Assembly (NCBI GenBank): GCA_963777155.1
Contig: CAVZPM010000029.1
Span: forward strand, 1-34,626
Source of the DNA: Candidatus Bathyarchaeota archaeon
GTDB taxonomy: Archaea > Thermoproteota > Bathyarchaeia > Bathyarchaeales > Bathycorpusculaceae
Reading direction: 5' to 3'
Length of the DNA stretch: 34,626 nucleotides
Every line of letters starts with the position of its first letter. Positions within the stretch are counted from its first letter, which is position 1. The translations under genes were made by a program, and so were the position numbers. The notes under the pieces are model-generated. The model was not told where the DNA came from and ran no database searches. It was given only the letters and a program-made list of their open reading frames with translations. This document shows positions 29,273 to 34,626 of this stretch, one piece after another.

Positions 29273-29987
29273 TCACCTCTCGATCTCCTTCTGGATAATG
29301 ACTGCTATCACAGAACGGCTTGTTGGTTGATTTTCCACATCGACAAAGAGTCACACGATTCCTAACTTCATAGAGCATGCCTTGACTTGAATAGACCGGA
29401 GATGCCACCGCGAACCCAAATCGGACCACTGACACCCATGCCAGGGTCCTCGATTAACCCTATAGATTTCTCAAGTGATGGCTCAATGGTTTTACCAGTT
29501 TCTTTGTCCATAACTACAAGTCGACCAGAGGGGCAGTCGCAAGCATTTTTGATAGCGTTCTGTTTTAGTTTGGGGTCATCTGAAAAGGGAATTTGCTGCC
29601 AGATGTCGCCTCCTCTGTGGCAGAAACGGGCAGATGCACAAAGAATCTCTGCATCCTTAAGCTGTTAAGGCTGGCCCATCAATTTCTTTTGCCATTTTCT
29701 CGAATGGTTCATTATCGCTTACCTCAGTTCCGTCGAAATTCACTTTCACATGGGTTGAGTCGCAGAAAGGCTTATTCTTTGATTGCCCACATCGACACAA
29801 AGTATAGGTCTCTGGCGTCTTCATTCTATCACCCATGATCCATTCTACGGGAATGCCTGTGTGGTCACATTTTATCGTTGCCGGAAACAGGGGTATATTT
29901 CCAGAAACCAGATATGGTCCGTTCTTGAGAATCCTGATTTTAAAGTTATCCTTTGGAGTTGGCGGTTTTTGTTCCAATTGGTTCCAT
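29253..29987 (-). CDS. CDGSH iron-sulfur protein (CDGSH, central Cys-containing Fe-S-like domain, CDGSH), about 243 aa, split by frameshifts
   Basis: LCRCGQSKNKPFCDSTH and LCRCGKSTNKPFCDSSH; the middle frame reads LKDAEILCASARFCHRGG...CDCPSGRL...GPIWVRGGI. Insertions near 29978, 29666 and 29400. Confidence 0.88.
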
Positions 29988-30202
29988 CTCTATTTAAAAT
30001 TATAAGAATGCTCGATTGGTTGCTATTTCAAAGAATCGTTCAGGGTTAGTTAAGTTTTTTGTCTCGTCGACGATGAGAATCTTGTATGGGTTATGGACGA
30101 GTTTATTGTCGAATGTTTTTAAGAATTCTACTGAAATCAAATACTGGTTTTTTTCACTGAAAAATCTTATTAGTATAAGTGTGTTATAGACAATCGATAA
30201 GA

Positions 30203-30559
30203 ATGGATCCTCAATGCGAAATAATCGGCAAATATGTTTTGCCAATCTTTAGGTCGATGCTTGCCAAAGAACTCGTACAAAAATACCATCTTTCACAGAC
30301 AGAAGCAGCCAAAAAACTAGGCACTACCCAAGCCGCTGTGAGCCAATACCTAAGTTCAAAACGTGCCTACAAAGGTACCGAGCAAGTTGAGCAGTACTTG
30401 CCCAAAATCCAAATTATGGCGGCTGAAACTGCCCAGAAAATCGTGAATAAAGAGATTGCCGCCAAAGATGTTACTTTTGATTTTTGTAGGCTTTGCGTTA
30501 CTTTTTGCACAAAAGATTCTGTGAAAACTGGAGTTTTAAACCCTGAATATTACATTTGA
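30203..30559 (+). CDS. Predicted archaeal HTH transcriptional regulator (COG2522-like) with Cys residues
   Basis: MDPQCE...LPIFRSMLAKEL...LSQTEAAKKLGTTQAAVSQYLSSKR...FCRLC. Confidence 0.85.
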   Translation: MDPQCEIIGKYVLPIFRSMLAKELVQKYHLSQTEAAKKLGTTQAAVSQYLSSKRAYKGTEQVEQYLPKIQIMAAETAQKIVNKEIAAKDVTFDFCRLCVTFCTKDSVKTGVLNPEYYI

Positions 30560-30599
30560 CCCAAAGACAGAAAAAAAGGAAAAGCCTATCAATACTGGT

Positions 30600-31154
30600 T
30601 TAAAGCATTCGCAACAAATCTGCCTTCGTAATGATGCCTATCACAGCACCTTTTTTGGATACTAAAACAGCTGAGTAAGTCTGCAAAAGACTAGTAATCA
30701 ACGACAAAGGTGCATCCTCGTTTATCTGCGGGAACGCTTCTTCCATTATGTCTTCAGTCGGTAGTTTGGAGATTTGATCTATGTCTTTTCCTGAAAGGAT
30801 TTGATGTAGAATCGCCTTCTCTGAGATGCTGCCTACAGGTTGTTTTCCATTGAAAACTGGTAGCTGCGAATAACCGTGATCCTTCATTATTTTTACTACT
30901 TCAGAGATTGGCTGGTCTTTTTGAATGCTTAGGACGTCGTTGTGGAGGATTTTTTCTGCTTGGACTTTGGTTTTAAATTCTAAGCGTTCGAGAACGTCGA
31001 AAATGGTTTTTACTTTGGTGTATGATGAGTCGATGGTTCCTGCTTCGAGTTTTGCGATTAAGGATTGGCTTACGCCTGCAGCTTTGGCTAGTTCCGACTG
31101 CTTTAGACCCAGTTGTTTACGGCGTTTAGCGATGTCTTCTAATGTAGGGAACAT
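30600..31154 (-). CDS. XRE-type HTH plus tandem CBS domain transcriptional regulator (COG3620-like)
   Basis: RRKQLGLKQSELAKAAGVSQSLIAKLEAG (HTH); GYSQLPV..VGSISE and VIGIITKADLL (CBS pair); likely ATG at 31154. Confidence 0.9.
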   Translation of the reverse strand: MFPTLEDIAKRRKQLGLKQSELAKAAGVSQSLIAKLEAGTIDSSYTKVKTIFDVLERLEFKTKVQAEKILHNDVLSIQKDQPISEVVKIMKDHGYSQLPVFNGKQPVGSISEKAILHQILSGKDIDQISKLPTEDIMEEAFPQINEDAPLSLITSLLQTYSAVLVSKKGAVIGIITKADLLRML

Positions 31155-31176
31155 GGTTGTGTAGTTGATTTGCTGA

Positions 31177-32571
<1,395 letters not shown>

Positions 32572-32594
32572 ATACCGCAAACTTTTCCTTTTTT

Positions 32595-33725
32595 ATGGAG
32601 GCAAACAAGCTAATAACAAACGAAAAACCCAACCCAACGCAAACCTACACTTTTGCCCACTCCCCAGACGAGCTAACGTTGGAATCGGGCGAAAAACTAG
32701 GTCCAATAACGCTTGCCTACGAAACATACGGCAAACTAAATGCTGAAAAATCCAACGCAATACTAGTTGTTCATGCACTCACCGGTGACTCACATGCTGC
32801 GGGAACGAATGGTTGGTGGGAGAACCTGATCGGACCGGGCAAAGGCATTGACACAAACAAGTATTTCGTCATATGCAGCAACGTCATCGGCGGCTGCAAA
32901 GGCTCCACTGGACCATCCTCGACCAACCCAAAGACTGGAAAGCCGTATGGTCTGAGTTTTCCCTTAATTGGCATCGGTGACATGGTTGAGGCTCAAAAAC
33001 GTCTAATTGACCACTTAGGCGTCGAAAAGCTCATGTCAGTCGTTGGCGGTTCAATGGGCGGCATGCAGGTTTTGCAGTGGATGGTTTCTTACCCCTATAA
33101 GATATGCTCGGCGATTCCCATAGCAACTACATTAAATCACACACCACAACAAATTGCCTTCAATGAGGTTGGAAGGCAGGCGGTAATGGCTGACCCTGAC
33201 TGGAAAAACGGCGATTACTACGGCCACTCTCCCCCTGCAAAAGGCTTAGCGGTGGCAAGAATGATTGGGCACATAACGTACATGAGCGACACATCAATGA
33301 CTGAGAAGTTCGGCAGAAAAACCCGAACCGGCAAAGAACCTTTCAAGTTTGCAGCTGATTTCGAAGTTGAAGGTTACTTACGTTACCGAGGAGACAACTT
33401 CGTAAAACGCTTTGATGCAAACAGCTACCTATACCTAACAAAAGCCATCGACAACTTTAACCTGCTTAACGGGCACAATTTAGGAGATGTCTTCAAAGGT
33501 CTAAGGGCAAAGGTTCTGGTGCTCGCTTTCAAATCTGACTGGCTCTACCCAGCCTATCAAAGCCAGGAAACTGTAAAAGCTTGCAAACTATCCGGCGTCG
33601 AAGCAAGCTATTGCGAATTAAACAGCACCTACGGACATGACTCCTTCCTATTGGAGACCGAACAGGAAATACAGCTTATTGGAGACTTCTTGAAAGCAGT
33701 AGAAAATGGCGGTAAACATAGTTGA
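32595..33725 (+). CDS. metX: Homoserine O-acetyltransferase
   Basis: [14 protein letters not shown] nucleophile motif, RFDANSY, SDWLYP and GHDSFL. Confidence 0.95.
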   Translation: MEANKLITNEKPNPTQTYTFAHSPDELTLESGEKLGPITLAYETYGKLNAEKSNAILVVHALTGDSHAAGTNGWWENLIGPGKGIDTNKYFVICSNVIGGCKGSTGPSSTNPKTGKPYGLSFPLIGIGDMVEAQKRLIDHLGVEKLMSVVGGSMGGMQVLQWMVSYPYKICSAIPIATTLNHTPQQIAFNEVGRQAVMADPDWKNGDYYGHSPPAKGLAVARMIGHITYMSDTSMTEKFGRKTRTGKEPFKFAADFEVEGYLRYRGDNFVKRFDANSYLYLTKAIDNFNLLNGHNLGDVFKGLRAKVLVLAFKSDWLYPAYQSQETVKACKLSGVEASYCELNSTYGHDSFLLETEQEIQLIGDFLKAVENGGKHS

Positions 33726-34315
33726 CAAAACAAACCCATGTAATCGAACACAAAGTCATTTCAGGGTGGGTTAGAAGCGGAGCTTCTGTTTTGGACTTGG
33801 GTTGCGGCGACGGTGAATTACTTTCTTTGTTGATAAGGCAGAAAAGTGTTCATGCACAGGGAGTTGAGCTCAACGAACAAGCTGCCCATAACTGCATCTC
33901 GGCAGGCTTAAGCGTGTTCCAACAAGACATAGACACAGGCTTAACCGAATATGCCGACAAAAGCGTGGACTATGTTATCTTAAACCAGACTCTTCAACAA
34001 GTCAAAAAACCCGATTTTGCCATAAAAGAAGCCTTACGTGTAGGCAAAAAAGTCATTGTGGGTTTCCCCAACTTCTGTTATATAACCGACCGCTTCCAGA
34101 TTTTCTTCGGCGGAAAAGTCCCTGTATCTTCCTCACTGCCCTACGAATGGTATAACACTCCTAACTTGCATTTCCTAAGTATCGCAGACTTCAAAGCATA
34201 CTGCAGAAAAAACCAAATAACCATAGAATATGAAGCGTTTATTTCGAAGAATCGGGTGGTTAGGGTTTTGCCTAACCTGTTTGGGGAAGTGGGGCTTTTT
34301 TTGCTTTCAAAATGA
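33722..34315 (+). CDS. metW: Methionine biosynthesis protein MetW (SAM-dependent methyltransferase fold)
   Basis: [29 protein letters not shown] and [12 protein letters not shown] motifs; TTGA overlap with metX. Confidence 0.93.
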   Translation: MTKQTHVIEHKVISGWVRSGASVLDLGCGDGELLSLLIRQKSVHAQGVELNEQAAHNCISAGLSVFQQDIDTGLTEYADKSVDYVILNQTLQQVKKPDFAIKEALRVGKKVIVGFPNFCYITDRFQIFFGGKVPVSSSLPYEWYNTPNLHFLSIADFKAYCRKNQITIEYEAFISKNRVVRVLPNLFGEVGLFLLSK

Positions 34316-34334
34316 CCATTGATTACAATTTTGG

Positions 34335-34511
34335 TTAATTGCTTGTTTTTTTGAACCAGACAAAGCCGACTATGGCGACAACGGTTGCGGCAAGGGCTGC
34401 AAAGGGATTTATAGTCTCTGACGCCAAAAAAGAAAAGCCCATGAGAACAACTAAAACTATGATAGAAAATACCCCAACTCCCGTGCCAACGACTAAACGT
34501 TTATTGCTCAT
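34335..34511 (-). CDS. Small 2-TM membrane protein (58 aa)
   Basis: MSNKRLVVGTGVGVFSIIVLVVLMGF...FAALAATVVAIVGFVWFKKTSN; basic residues flank two hydrophobic helices. Confidence 0.65.
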   Translation of the reverse strand: MSNKRLVVGTGVGVFSIIVLVVLMGFSFLASETINPFAALAATVVAIVGFVWFKKTSN

Positions 34512-34626
34512 CTTTCTACCTCGCAAACTTGCTATCAAATAGAAGTTAGGGGTTGTTTTGATTTAATGCTAAGCTTTAGAACAGCCTGTTCAAAGATTAG
34601 GACAGAAAAACGCCAAATTCAACTTA

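Overview
This 34.6 kb window is archaeal chromosomal DNA, most consistent with Bathyarchaeia or a related TACK lineage (inference from gatDE, eS30, Elp3, RIO2, Lsm and a PAS kinase with a GMVGHDLRNPLQ H-box). From left to right it holds: an A/C-rich repeat region; a nuclease-fold-like gene; a NapH/MauN-type membrane polyferredoxin with membrane-anchored surface proteins; an orphan PAS histidine kinase; a GT2 plus two GT-C glycosylation cluster; a translation block (DRG GTPase, uS7, uS12, eS30, Elp3, GatD, GatE); two paralogous wHTH proteins; Lsm, RIO2, an HTH-RDD fusion, PyrI, a YkgJ-type protein, a MazG-like protein, a zinc-finger microprotein and an M16 peptidase; an MgtA-type P-type ATPase; a CDGSH/thioredoxin pair; two regulators; and a metY-metX-metW operon. 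About 15 single-base indels split otherwise intact genes and are most likely long-read or assembly errors; genes were reconstructed by hand across them. The most notable observations are a C-terminal winged-helix-like domain on the Mg2+ ATPase, an HTH-CBS regulator divergent from the met operon with a palindromic candidate operator, and a Cys-rich regulator divergent from the CDGSH/CxxS-thioredoxin pair. No rRNA, tRNA, CRISPR array or transposase was recognised.
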